A DNA stretch of 36,541 bases from positions 1 to 36,541 of the forward strand of contig JAFRQN010000311.1 of the NCBI GenBank assembly GCA_017428585.1, given 5' to 3'. Both the position numbers and the translations under genes were made by a program. The notes beneath the pieces are model-generated. The model was not told where the DNA came from. It saw only the letters and a program-made list of their open reading frames with translations, and searched no databases. Origin of the DNA: Bacteroidota bacterium (GTDB lineage: Bacteria > Bacteroidota > Ignavibacteria > Kapaibacteriales > UBA2268). This document shows, one piece after another, positions 11,801-18,355 of the stretch. Position 1 is the stretch's first letter; each line of letters opens with the position of its first letter.

Positions 11801-12379
11801 TTCCATAGTATCTACTATAGAAGCATCAAATGAAATTTTACCAATTTTTGTACCTTCTTTTATACCCTGCTCAACCAATTCTTTATTAAATAATAAGAAT
11901 TGGTGTCTTGAAAAATCTTTTAATTCAACTTCTCCTGTTCCTAAAGCAAATTTTGTAATATTATCAGAAACACTTGTTGATTTAACATTTGAAATATTTA
12001 CCGTATCTATATTTGCTTCATCCTTAAAACTAAACTTAGTTCCAGGAACAGGTTTGTTAAAATTACCTAATGTACTTACAGGATGCTTGTAAATAGAAAA
12101 AGCATCTTCGCCAGTAGGCTTGTGTATTTTCATATATGCTAAATAATCCCATTCAGCACAGCTGTATTTATCATGTTCAGTTTTTGGATCACATTTTAGT
12201 CTGTATTTTGCAATTACACGTTGAAATTTTTCATTTGCATCTGGAAATTTAAACACTGCCTGACGCGTAAATATAGAATCAAATGTAAAAGTTTGAACTG
12301 TTACTGTATCGCCGCTATATACAAACAAAGGACATAGAATTAATACAACTATAAAACAAAGAAACTTGTTAATTTTCAT
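8873..12379 (-). CDS. Large secreted PNGase-F-like / LamG-domain protein with a T9SS C-terminal sorting domain
   Basis: Signal peptide. N-terminal module with KYRLKCDPKTEHDKYSCAEWDY. LamG-like block HFTFEGWVRLRD...WTHIAVVYNG...LKLFINSKPA (nt ~10970-11482). N-glycanase-C-like block LTGHGM...CCEF...WPQGGTWMLNREGWCPGD (nt ~9890-10312). C-terminal IYPNPSEDIISFES...GTYSVCISN T9SS tail. Confidence 0.65.
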   Translation of the reverse strand: MKINKFLCFIVVLILCPLFVYSGDTVTVQTFTFDSIFTRQAVFKFPDANEKFQRVIAKYRLKCDPKTEHDKYSCAEWDYLAYMKIHKPTGEDAFSIYKHPVSTLGNFNKPVPGTKFSFKDEANIDTVNISNVKSTSVSDNITKFALGTGEVELKDFSRHQFLLFNKELVEQGIKEGTKIGKISFDASIVDTMEHVRIRIAPVKKLTQQILAYNENLEYQDVVYQTFVTKEDCQDGKTLTLDFEKDFVYDGSSNLIVDVSYIPTKGSKNVFRGTTSSKNVAITIANSNYIRLNGDDAWINTTNLPSISGGQHFTFEGWVRLRDAGVIFRLGDKVVISANTPNADNAMSMSIGLKGEHSLNAFTNNSPIHLNEWTHIAVVYNGNGETCKDVLKLFINSKPAALEYHQYWVTIYMPRFIDDLPVDFAIGQGEYLSDTNITSNTNGDFSKIRVWNTNLKEEQIVDLYSKDISLDNPLSSNLLINLDLNDDEAGAFYLQNHGVIKSNANIIGRAELYDTRTGPNLTTQTNFIPNIVLHTGDFQYSKKEEAIKRLRKQAPATIVYFNGDGNYPKVERIDHKYGKQIYIYDSNLEKIDSVETEGSFEEYVVDDKLFEYETKHYPKKVEYEIGRFITPYGINLSLGENGFEWEYDVTDYMNDLRGEIELEAHNNQELIDLKFLFIKGEPLRDILRISEPWGPCKSYSYNRLAKDEDVGDAVVSLLPETETIKLKVRLTGHGMVPNTSHPSQCCEFLDNTHYIYAGPTPDDFDLAGEWKIWRHCTDNPVWPQGGTWMLNREGWCPGDIVNDYEVDLTQYISDDRKIALNYEISSDSLGKYPEIGTGSYVATFHLVEYGKAKYKNDLELYKIITPSTEDIYSKLNPICNGVNFIVRNNSDEAIENFEVVLKNGVEEETHFVEKSIAPRSLDTITIMLNDAKFWTGNNNENEIVITLNNQGDENLSNNQGKAIFKIPDIYNKSDFQIKYTSNLRASDYSLKIYDFRNELVKTLPANTNNKIYTFNLTDLPNGCYRLEVTDERYYYGLSSWMVTQQGNGAISIVDSEGQKLKTFNPDFGKRLVYSFVLDGFTSIAQKDINNSIMIYPNPSEDIISFESIEDFGLVSIKIYDLNGNIVLKQDKLLSNNTVTVDVSNLNTGTYSVCISNNDKDKWFKFVKSN

Positions 12380-12382
12380 ATA

Positions 12383-12967
12383 TTATTCGCTCTTTGATGG
12401 ATTATTTACTAATTCTGTAATAGCATCAAATGCTTCCTGCTCTAAGAGTCCGTTAGATTTAAAGAAATATGCTTTAAAAGAAACATGATTTTCAAAGCCG
12501 CTCATTTCTCCTCTAAGTTCCAAATTTATTTTATTATCACCTATTTCTGTAACAATAAATGTATACTGCATACGGCCGCTTGTCCAAACGCCTCCACGAA
12601 TAAATGGTGCATCAAGTGCATATTTTTGTATTGTCTTAAATATTTCTGACTCATTTTGAGAGAAAATACATAATTCTGAACGAACTATTCCTCTATGAGT
12701 TCCGTCATCTTGATCTCTTACTTTTGAATTTAGAATTTGACATGATAAATTGTTTTCAATAAACTTCTTGCAGGCATCGAAAACTGTTTGAAAATCACTA
12801 TCAAATTGTATTTCGTATTTTTCCTTATAATACTTTAATTTATCAGGAATTTTTTGTACACCCTCTTCTTCATCATCAGCTAATACAGCTGAATTTAGAG
12901 AAAAAAACAAAACTCCAATGAGTAATAAAGCTAATTTTTTTAAATTCTCGTAATATTGTGTTTTCAT
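12383..12967 (-). CDS. Hypothetical secreted protein, tightly linked to the downstream T9SS cargo gene
   Basis: 194-aa ORF with an N-terminal hydrophobic signal (LALLLIGVLFFSLNSAVLA). Its stop lies 3 nt before the ATG of the 8873..12379 gene. No family recognised. Confidence 0.55.
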   Translation of the reverse strand: MKTQYYENLKKLALLLIGVLFFSLNSAVLADDEEEGVQKIPDKLKYYKEKYEIQFDSDFQTVFDACKKFIENNLSCQILNSKVRDQDDGTHRGIVRSELCIFSQNESEIFKTIQKYALDAPFIRGGVWTSGRMQYTFIVTEIGDNKINLELRGEMSGFENHVSFKAYFFKSNGLLEQEAFDAITELVNNPSKSE

Positions 12968-13073
12968 AATACTACCTCTATTTTCCTATATTTATTAATA
13001 ATAATTTTCTTGTTTAATTTATATACGCAAATATATACGTAAATTAACAAAATTTTCATACAAAAACAAATAT

Positions 13074-13122
13074 AAAAAAATCCTAACAACTAAGTTTTAT
13101 TAATTTACTTAATTATTAGGAT
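13074..13122 (-). terminator. Possible intrinsic terminator after the OmpH/Skp gene
   Basis: Outer stem tcctaa (13081-13086) pairs with ttagga (13116-13121). Inner stem taagt (13091-13095) pairs with actta (13107-13111). On the minus strand this is followed by T7 (the A-run at 13074-13080). AT-rich and interrupted, so weak. Confidence 0.35.
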
Positions 13123-13143
13123 TAAATAAAAAAACAAAGAATG

Positions 13144-13695
13144 TTATTTATCGCGTTTAATCTTATCTATAACTCTGAAAGTTATATCTAATTTATTATC
13201 TGCGTATAAAACCATAGATGCATCTTTGCTAAGTACTAAACTTACGTTCTCACTCTTTGCAACTTCTTCTATTGCTTTTTTTACTTTTGCACGAATCGGC
13301 TCAAGCAATTTTTCACGTAATACTGCTAATTCGCCTGTATTACCAAATTTTTCTTGATAAAAAGAATTTAATGCTTGATTTTCTTTTTGCAATTTTTCTT
13401 CTTCTTGTTGTTGCTGTGCAACCTGCATCATTGATTTTTGTTTTTGATAATTTTGTACTTTAGTTTCTAATGCTTGCTGCATCTTAACTAAGCTATCTTG
13501 ATATTTTTGTCCAATTTCCTTTAATTGTTTATCTGCTTCGATTGCTTCTGGCAATTCTTTAACAATAGCTTCTACATCAACAACTGCTACGTTATTATTT
13601 CCAGAACCTGCAACTTTCTGTGCTGCAACTCCATTATTTGCAAAACACATACAAACTAAAAACATTAGAACAAGTCCAAGCAATGACTTTTTCAT
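13144..13695 (-). CDS. OmpH/Skp-family periplasmic chaperone
   Basis: 183 aa with a signal peptide. Long Q/E/K-rich coiled-coil arm flanked by beta segments (VAVVDVEAIV...; VSLVLSKDASMVLYADNKLDITFRVI), the typical OmpH layout. Confidence 0.8.
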   Translation of the reverse strand: MKKSLLGLVLMFLVCMCFANNGVAAQKVAGSGNNNVAVVDVEAIVKELPEAIEADKQLKEIGQKYQDSLVKMQQALETKVQNYQKQKSMMQVAQQQQEEEKLQKENQALNSFYQEKFGNTGELAVLREKLLEPIRAKVKKAIEEVAKSENVSLVLSKDASMVLYADNKLDITFRVIDKIKRDK

Positions 13696-13751
13696 CTATT
13701 TTCTCCAATCAAATATGAAATAAATGTATAAAATATTTTTCCTATAAAAAA

Positions 13752-13782
13752 CAAATATACGTATTTTTTTATTAAATACAAA
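13752..13782 (-). promoter_or_regulatory. Candidate Bacteroidetes-type promoter for the OmpH gene
   Basis: The minus strand reads TTTG (13779-13782) - N19 - TATATTTG (13752-13759). The -7 box lies 56 nt upstream of the ATG at 13695. Confidence 0.35.
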
Positions 13783-13787
13783 TTTCT

Positions 13788-13818
13788 TTTGTTTTTATAC
13801 TAGTTTTTTGTAACTTTG
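13788..13818 (+). promoter_or_regulatory. Candidate Bacteroidetes-type promoter for tRNA-Ser
   Basis: TTTG (13788-13791) - N19 - TAACTTTG (13811-13818), ending 18 nt before the tRNA 5' end at 13837. Confidence 0.4.
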
Positions 13819-13836
13819 CATTTAAGTTTTTAAACT

Positions 13837-13924
13837 GGAGAGATGCGAGAGTGGTTGAATCGGGCGGTCTCGAAAACCGTTGAAGGATTCTGTCCTTCCG
13901 AGGGTTCGAATCCCTCTCTCTCCG
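13837..13924 (+). tRNA. tRNA-Ser (anticodon CGA), class II with a long variable arm
   Basis: Acceptor GGAGAGA/TCTCTCC. Anticodon stem GCGGT/ACCGT with loop CTCGAAA. Long variable arm TGAAGGATTCTGTCCTTCC. T arm GAGGG-TTCGAAT-CCCTC. Discriminator G. A full CCA is not encoded (the next bases are CAA). Confidence 0.9.
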
Positions 13925-14062
13925 CAAAAACTTGATAGCTATTGCTTCAATAGCTTGCCCAATATCGTGATGTTATACGACATCGACTATTCGATACAAA
14001 ATTTCCGATTTGCTGGGATGTAATACACGTAATTTATTAATATTAATTAAGTAAATAGAACT

Positions 14063-15871
14063 ATGATTAATATAAGAAAACTTGAAGCAGAATTATGGGA
14101 GTCTGCTGACCTTCTCAGACAAGGCAGCAAGCTGACCAGCAACCAATATTGTATGCCAGTGTTAGCTCTTCTTTTTCTCCGTTATGCATATAGCCGATAT
14201 AAGAAGGTGGAAGAAGAAATTCTAAAGAATCGTCCTGTACGAAATGGTCGTGTTATGCCTATAGAACCCAGCGACTTTGCTGCTAAAAGTGCATTGTATC
14301 TGCCAAAAGAAGCACGTTTCGAATTTTTGGTAAATCTACCTGACAATATTGTACAAGCAGGATTGAAAAGCAAAGATGGACACGATATCAATTCATTGGG
14401 TGAAGCTGTTAATAATGCAATGCAGTTAGTTGAAGATCAAAGTGAACAACTAATCGGTGTACTTCCTAAGACTTATACAAGTTTTTCTGATGACCTGCTC
14501 CGTGAACTGCTTCGAATATTCAACAATAAAACTATTGATGAAGTAGGCGGTGATGTTATCGGACGCATTTATGAGTATTTCCTCTCCAAGTTTGCAAAAG
14601 CTGTTGCAAGCGATGACGGCGTATTCTTTACACCAAAATCTTTGGTAAAAATGTTGGTCAATGTATTGGAGCCTAAAAAGGGAGTTATGCTTGATCCTGC
14701 CTGCGGAAGCGGAGGTATGTTTGTTCAAACAGGTGATTTTATTAATGCTTCTGGTATGAATGCCAATACTAATATGACTTTCTACGGACAGGAAAAAGTA
14801 GAATATAATGCTCAGCTGTGTCTAATGAATATGGCTGTACATGGTCTGAATGGACGTATCGTTTCTGGAGATGAAGCCAATTCGTTCTATCATGATGCAT
14901 ATAATTTGGAAGGCAAATGCGATTATGTTATGGCAAATCCTCCTTTCAATGTAGATAAAGTAAAGGCTGAATCTGCCTCTGCTGCAGGGCGTCTTCCTTT
15001 TGGTTTGCCTGGAGTCAATGCTAAAACGAAAGAAATAGGCAATGCCAATTACCTTTGGATAAATTATTTCTATTCTTATCTCAACGATCACGGACGTGCT
15101 GGTTTTGTTATGGCAAGTTCTGCAACAGATAGTGCCAACAAAGACCGTGATATTAGAGAGAAACTGGTTCATACAGGTGATGTCGATGTGATGATCAGTG
15201 TTGGCAATAACTTTTTCTATACCCTGTCGCTTCCATGTTCTTTATGGTTCTTCGATCGTAACAAAAATAAGAACATTAGAGACAAGGTGCTTTTTATTGA
15301 TGCTCGCAATTATTATACAGTAATTGACCGTACCCTTAATGAGTGGACTGAATGGCAGCTTCGCAATCTGCAAGCCATCGTACATCTCTATCGTGGTGAA
15401 AAAGATAAATACATAAAACTTTTAGAAGATTATAAAGCTGTATTAGGAAACACTACTGCTGCATCAGCACAAGCTGACCTTGACCGCCAAAAAGCAGAAG
15501 CTAAAGAAGCTGTAACTAATGCCTCACGCAAGAATAAAAAACAAATTGAGAAAGAACAAAATGCTCTTATAGCAGAACTTGAAGATATGCTTGAAACAGC
15601 ACGCCAATATGAATGGTTAACAGAAAAATTTGGTAAAGATGGTATATATCAAGACATTCTTGGACTCTGCAAAATTGCATCCATTCAAGAAATTGAAGAG
15701 AAAAACTATTCACTTACTCCGGGTGCATACATTGGAGTAGCTGAACAGGAAGACGATGGAGTAAACTTCCAAGAACGTATGAATGAAATTCATGCTGAAT
15801 TGGCAAAATTGAACAGTGAAGCCAATACTCTGATGGAAGATATACAAAAAGCATGGGAGGATTTGAGATGA
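14063..15871 (+). CDS. hsdM: Type I restriction-modification system, DNA methyltransferase subunit M
   Basis: HsdM N-terminal helix bundle (LWESADLLRQGSKLTSNQYCMPVLALLFLRY). SAM motif I DPACGSGGMF. Motif IV NPPFN. C-terminal KNYSLTPGAYIG tail. Confidence 0.93.
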   Translation: MINIRKLEAELWESADLLRQGSKLTSNQYCMPVLALLFLRYAYSRYKKVEEEILKNRPVRNGRVMPIEPSDFAAKSALYLPKEARFEFLVNLPDNIVQAGLKSKDGHDINSLGEAVNNAMQLVEDQSEQLIGVLPKTYTSFSDDLLRELLRIFNNKTIDEVGGDVIGRIYEYFLSKFAKAVASDDGVFFTPKSLVKMLVNVLEPKKGVMLDPACGSGGMFVQTGDFINASGMNANTNMTFYGQEKVEYNAQLCLMNMAVHGLNGRIVSGDEANSFYHDAYNLEGKCDYVMANPPFNVDKVKAESASAAGRLPFGLPGVNAKTKEIGNANYLWINYFYSYLNDHGRAGFVMASSATDSANKDRDIREKLVHTGDVDVMISVGNNFFYTLSLPCSLWFFDRNKNKNIRDKVLFIDARNYYTVIDRTLNEWTEWQLRNLQAIVHLYRGEKDKYIKLLEDYKAVLGNTTAASAQADLDRQKAEAKEAVTNASRKNKKQIEKEQNALIAELEDMLETARQYEWLTEKFGKDGIYQDILGLCKIASIQEIEEKNYSLTPGAYIGVAEQEDDGVNFQERMNEIHAELAKLNSEANTLMEDIQKAWEDLR

Positions 15872-16128
15872 GAGAAAAAGACATGAAAAAACAGAAATTG
15901 ACATCATCAGTGCTTAAATCCATTATTCAGTATTTGTATCAGATAGTTAAGCAATTATATATTCAATACATTACAAAGAATAAGAGTATTTTATCTCTTT
16001 ATCCAATTATGTCCACATTGAGGACGCAATTAAATTGGTCTCAAAATAAACTACTTTTTAAAACTGAATATAAACCTACCATAAACAATTTAATTTATGA
16101 ATTTGTTACTATCGATGAATTGATATAA
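15853..16128 (+). CDS. Small hypothetical ORF (91 aa; alternative ATG at 15868) filling the hsdM-hsdS spacer; may be a gene remnant
   Basis: Open frame overlapping the hsdM stop by 19 nt and ending 19 nt before the hsdS ATG. Very AT-rich (15/60 GC in 15961-16020). No family recognised with confidence. Confidence 0.3.
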   Translation: MGGFEMREKDMKKQKLTSSVLKSIIQYLYQIVKQLYIQYITKNKSILSLYPIMSTLRTQLNWSQNKLLFKTEYKPTINNLIYEFVTIDELI

Positions 16129-16147
16129 AAAAAGAGGTTAATAAATA

Positions 16148-17368
16148 ATGAGTCAGTGGAATAAGGTGAAATTGAAAGATTGTTGTATAAAAATAGGCAG
16201 CGGAGCAACTCCAAAAGGTGGTTCTACTGTATATATAGAATCTGGAATTTCTCTTATAAGAAGTCAGAATATCTATAATTTATTTTTTGATTATAATGGA
16301 TTAGCACATATAACAAATGATGCTGCTAAAAAATTAGATAATGTAACAGTTTATGCAAATGATGTATTAATTAATATTACAGGTGATTCAGTTGCAAGAA
16401 CTTGTATTGTTCCCAAGGATGTTTTACCAGCACGAGTTAATCAGCATGTTTCAATAATTAGAACAGATAATAATGTTCTTGATGCTCACTACTTGAATTA
16501 TTGTCTAGCAAGTCCTTTCATGCAAGCATATATGTTAGGTTTAGCTGTAGGCAGGGGGACTTCGCGAAATGCAATGACCAAAAACATGATTGAGGAATTC
16601 GAAATTCCATATCCTCCATTGCAAACACAGCATAAGATAGCCGATATTCTTTCCCGCTATGATGCATTGATAGAGAACTATCAGAAACAGATAAAGTTAT
16701 TGGAAGAAGCAGCACAGAGATTATATAAAGAATGGTTTGTTGATCTTCGTTTTCCTGGATATGAAAATACACAAATTGTTGATGGCATACCTGAAGGGTG
16801 GGAAAGGAAGAGTATAAGTGATATTATTAATCTGCAAAGTGGTTATGCATTTAAGAATTCAACTTTTGATAAAAAAGGGAAATATAAAATAGTAACAATT
16901 AAAAATGTTAAAGATGGTTTTTTTGATGGAAATAATGTTAGTTATATTAATTCGATTCCAAGCAAGATGCCAACTCATTGCATATTAAATTCGGGTGACA
17001 TATTATTGTCTTTAACAGGGAATGTCGGTAGAGTATGTATGGTTATTGGTAAAAACTATTTACTAAACCAACGAGTTGCGAAATTAAAATCTGCTTATAC
17101 TGCATATACATATTGTCTTTTCAGAAGTAAAGATATGTATGATGAAATTAATAATCTTGCAAATGGAGTTGCCCAACAAAATGTTAGTCCAATCAGAATT
17201 GGTGAATTAAAAATATTGGTTGCAAATGATGTTATTATGAACTTATTTGAAAAAATTACTGGCAACTATATATCTAATATATTACAAATTAATCATCAAA
17301 TATGCCTCTTGACTGAAGCTCGTGATCGTTTACTTCCAAAGCTGATGAATGGTGAAATAATTGTTTAA
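16148..17368 (+). CDS. hsdS: Type I restriction-modification system, specificity subunit S (two target-recognition domains)
   Basis: Central conserved region IPYPPLQTQHKIADILSRYDALIENYQKQIKLLEEAAQRLYKEWFVDLRFPGYE. C-terminal conserved helix LLTEARDRLLPKLMNGEI. Two variable TRDs. AGAGG Shine-Dalgarno-like sequence at 16134-16138. Confidence 0.9.
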   Translation: MSQWNKVKLKDCCIKIGSGATPKGGSTVYIESGISLIRSQNIYNLFFDYNGLAHITNDAAKKLDNVTVYANDVLINITGDSVARTCIVPKDVLPARVNQHVSIIRTDNNVLDAHYLNYCLASPFMQAYMLGLAVGRGTSRNAMTKNMIEEFEIPYPPLQTQHKIADILSRYDALIENYQKQIKLLEEAAQRLYKEWFVDLRFPGYENTQIVDGIPEGWERKSISDIINLQSGYAFKNSTFDKKGKYKIVTIKNVKDGFFDGNNVSYINSIPSKMPTHCILNSGDILLSLTGNVGRVCMVIGKNYLLNQRVAKLKSAYTAYTYCLFRSKDMYDEINNLANGVAQQNVSPIRIGELKILVANDVIMNLFEKITGNYISNILQINHQICLLTEARDRLLPKLMNGEIIV

Positions 17369-17375
17369 TATTTAT

Positions 17376-18353
17376 ATGGCAAATAAAATGGCAAAATTTA
17401 AAGATATAAAAGATTATATTATTCGTTCAAGCGATAAAGAACTAAACAAAAATTTTGAGAAAGAAAAGAATACTGAGAAAGAAAAGAATAATAAGTATTA
17501 TTATCAAATAGGTTCGCTTCAAAAAGGTTCATCTTACTATAAATACCTCCCTTATAAAAGAGCTCTTGAATGTTTAGAAAAGAGTATAATTACATTTGTT
17601 GAACCATCGAGCTGGGATGATACATACGAAAGCTTGTATTACGAAGCTGACTACGACAATGTTGCTCCCGAATACAAAGAACATCCTAGACTTTTTGCTA
17701 CTTGTGTAACTAATAAAAAATATGATGAAGCAGCTTGGCGGATCTATTCTGAACAAGACAAAACCTGTGTTCAATTTGAAATAGATAGATTCAATTTTCG
17801 TTACCAGCTTCTAAAAGCTATCAAGGACAAAGATCGTATTTACGAAGGAGCCGTTCAATATCTTTATAAAGGTTATATTGAAAATATTTATAAGAAAAAA
17901 CTAAAAAACAATAAAAATGAACCCGAGAAAGATAATTCTCTTTATAAAAAATTTATATCTAATGAAAACTATTTTACTAGAAAAAATTATCTAAATTTGT
18001 TATTACTAAAAAGAAGGGATTTTATTCATGAAAATGAAACTCGTTTTTTTATTATAAGGAAAAAAGATATTGAACATGAAGCAAAAAAAGCTATTAAAAT
18101 ACCAGATGGGATCAATAATGATCAAAAAATACCAAAAGGAAAATTATATATATTGAAAAATATTAGGTGGATTGATATAATAAAAAGAGTAACTATAAAT
18201 AGAAGCAAAGATAGTGAGGAATTCAAAAAATTACAAGAAATTATCAATAAAACAATAGATAATAGTGAGAAAGATAAAAAAAATAAAGATATAGAACTAA
18301 TTCCATATTCTGTTTATGGAGAAAAACAAGATAGAATTAAAATTGAAGCATAA
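17376..18353 (+). CDS. DUF2971-like hypothetical protein embedded between hsdS and hsdR
   Basis: The first ATG is at 17376; the tracked start at 17361 is a TTG. Motifs YYKYLPYKRALECLEKSIITFVEPSSWDDTYE, RLFATCVTNKKYDEAAWRIYSEQDKTCVQFEID and LLKRRDFIHENETRFFII match my recollection of the DUF2971 pattern (YxY...F..Ps.fnDp.E / fC.s...mW..Y....Gvc.eF / K..w..E.E.R). Lys/Asn-rich flanks. No Walker A. 7-nt gap after hsdS, and the stop lies 2 nt before the hsdR ATG. Confidence 0.75.
   Translation: MANKMAKFKDIKDYIIRSSDKELNKNFEKEKNTEKEKNNKYYYQIGSLQKGSSYYKYLPYKRALECLEKSIITFVEPSSWDDTYESLYYEADYDNVAPEYKEHPRLFATCVTNKKYDEAAWRIYSEQDKTCVQFEIDRFNFRYQLLKAIKDKDRIYEGAVQYLYKGYIENIYKKKLKNNKNEPEKDNSLYKKFISNENYFTRKNYLNLLLLKRRDFIHENETRFFIIRKKDIEHEAKKAIKIPDGINNDQKIPKGKLYILKNIRWIDIIKRVTINRSKDSEEFKKLQEIINKTIDNSEKDKKNKDIELIPYSVYGEKQDRIKIEA
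17457..17492 (+). repeat. In-frame 18-bp tandem duplication (2 copies, 17/18 identical) inside the DUF2971-like gene
   Basis: gagaaagaaaagaatact (17457-17474) followed by gagaaagaaaagaataat (17475-17492), encoding EKEKNT-EKEKNN. Confidence 0.9.
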
Positions 18354-18355
18354 TT

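Noticed and set aside
13937-13955. 8-bp perfect hairpin just after tRNA-Ser, considered as an intrinsic terminator
   Set aside because: No U-tract follows it (the next bases are tgcccaatat) and the loop is only 3 nt. I kept it as an observation in the island-boundary finding, not as a terminator call.
14182-15172. Minus-strand ORFs 14182..14391, 14450..14728 and 14822..15172 inside hsdM
   Set aside because: They are antisense to hsdM, whose methyltransferase motifs are unambiguous. The antisense translations show no domain features.
15710-15923. Two overlapping minus-strand ORFs (65 and 69 aa) across the hsdM 3' end / orf91 junction
   Set aside because: They are short, mutually overlapping and antisense to the operon. 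No promoter or terminator supports them.
16148-17368. Phase-variable or shufflon-type hsdS (inverted hsdS copies, homopolymer or SSR tracts)
   Set aside because: There is only one hsdS copy in the window, with no inverted repeat partner, no recombinase, and no long simple-sequence tract in hsdS or hsdM.
17361-17375. TTG at 17361 as the start of the embedded gene (it would overlap the hsdS stop by 8 nt)
   Set aside because: The first ATG in frame is at 17376, with another at 17388. The TTG extension adds only MFNIY and needs a rare start codon. I kept 17376, but the true start is unverified.
17376-18353. Identity of the embedded gene as PrrC/RloC anticodon nuclease, an Abi AAA-ATPase or a Fic/DOC protein
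   Set aside because: I see no Walker A/B motifs, no Fic HxFx(D/E)GNGR motif and no ABC signature. Only the genomic position parallels PrrC.
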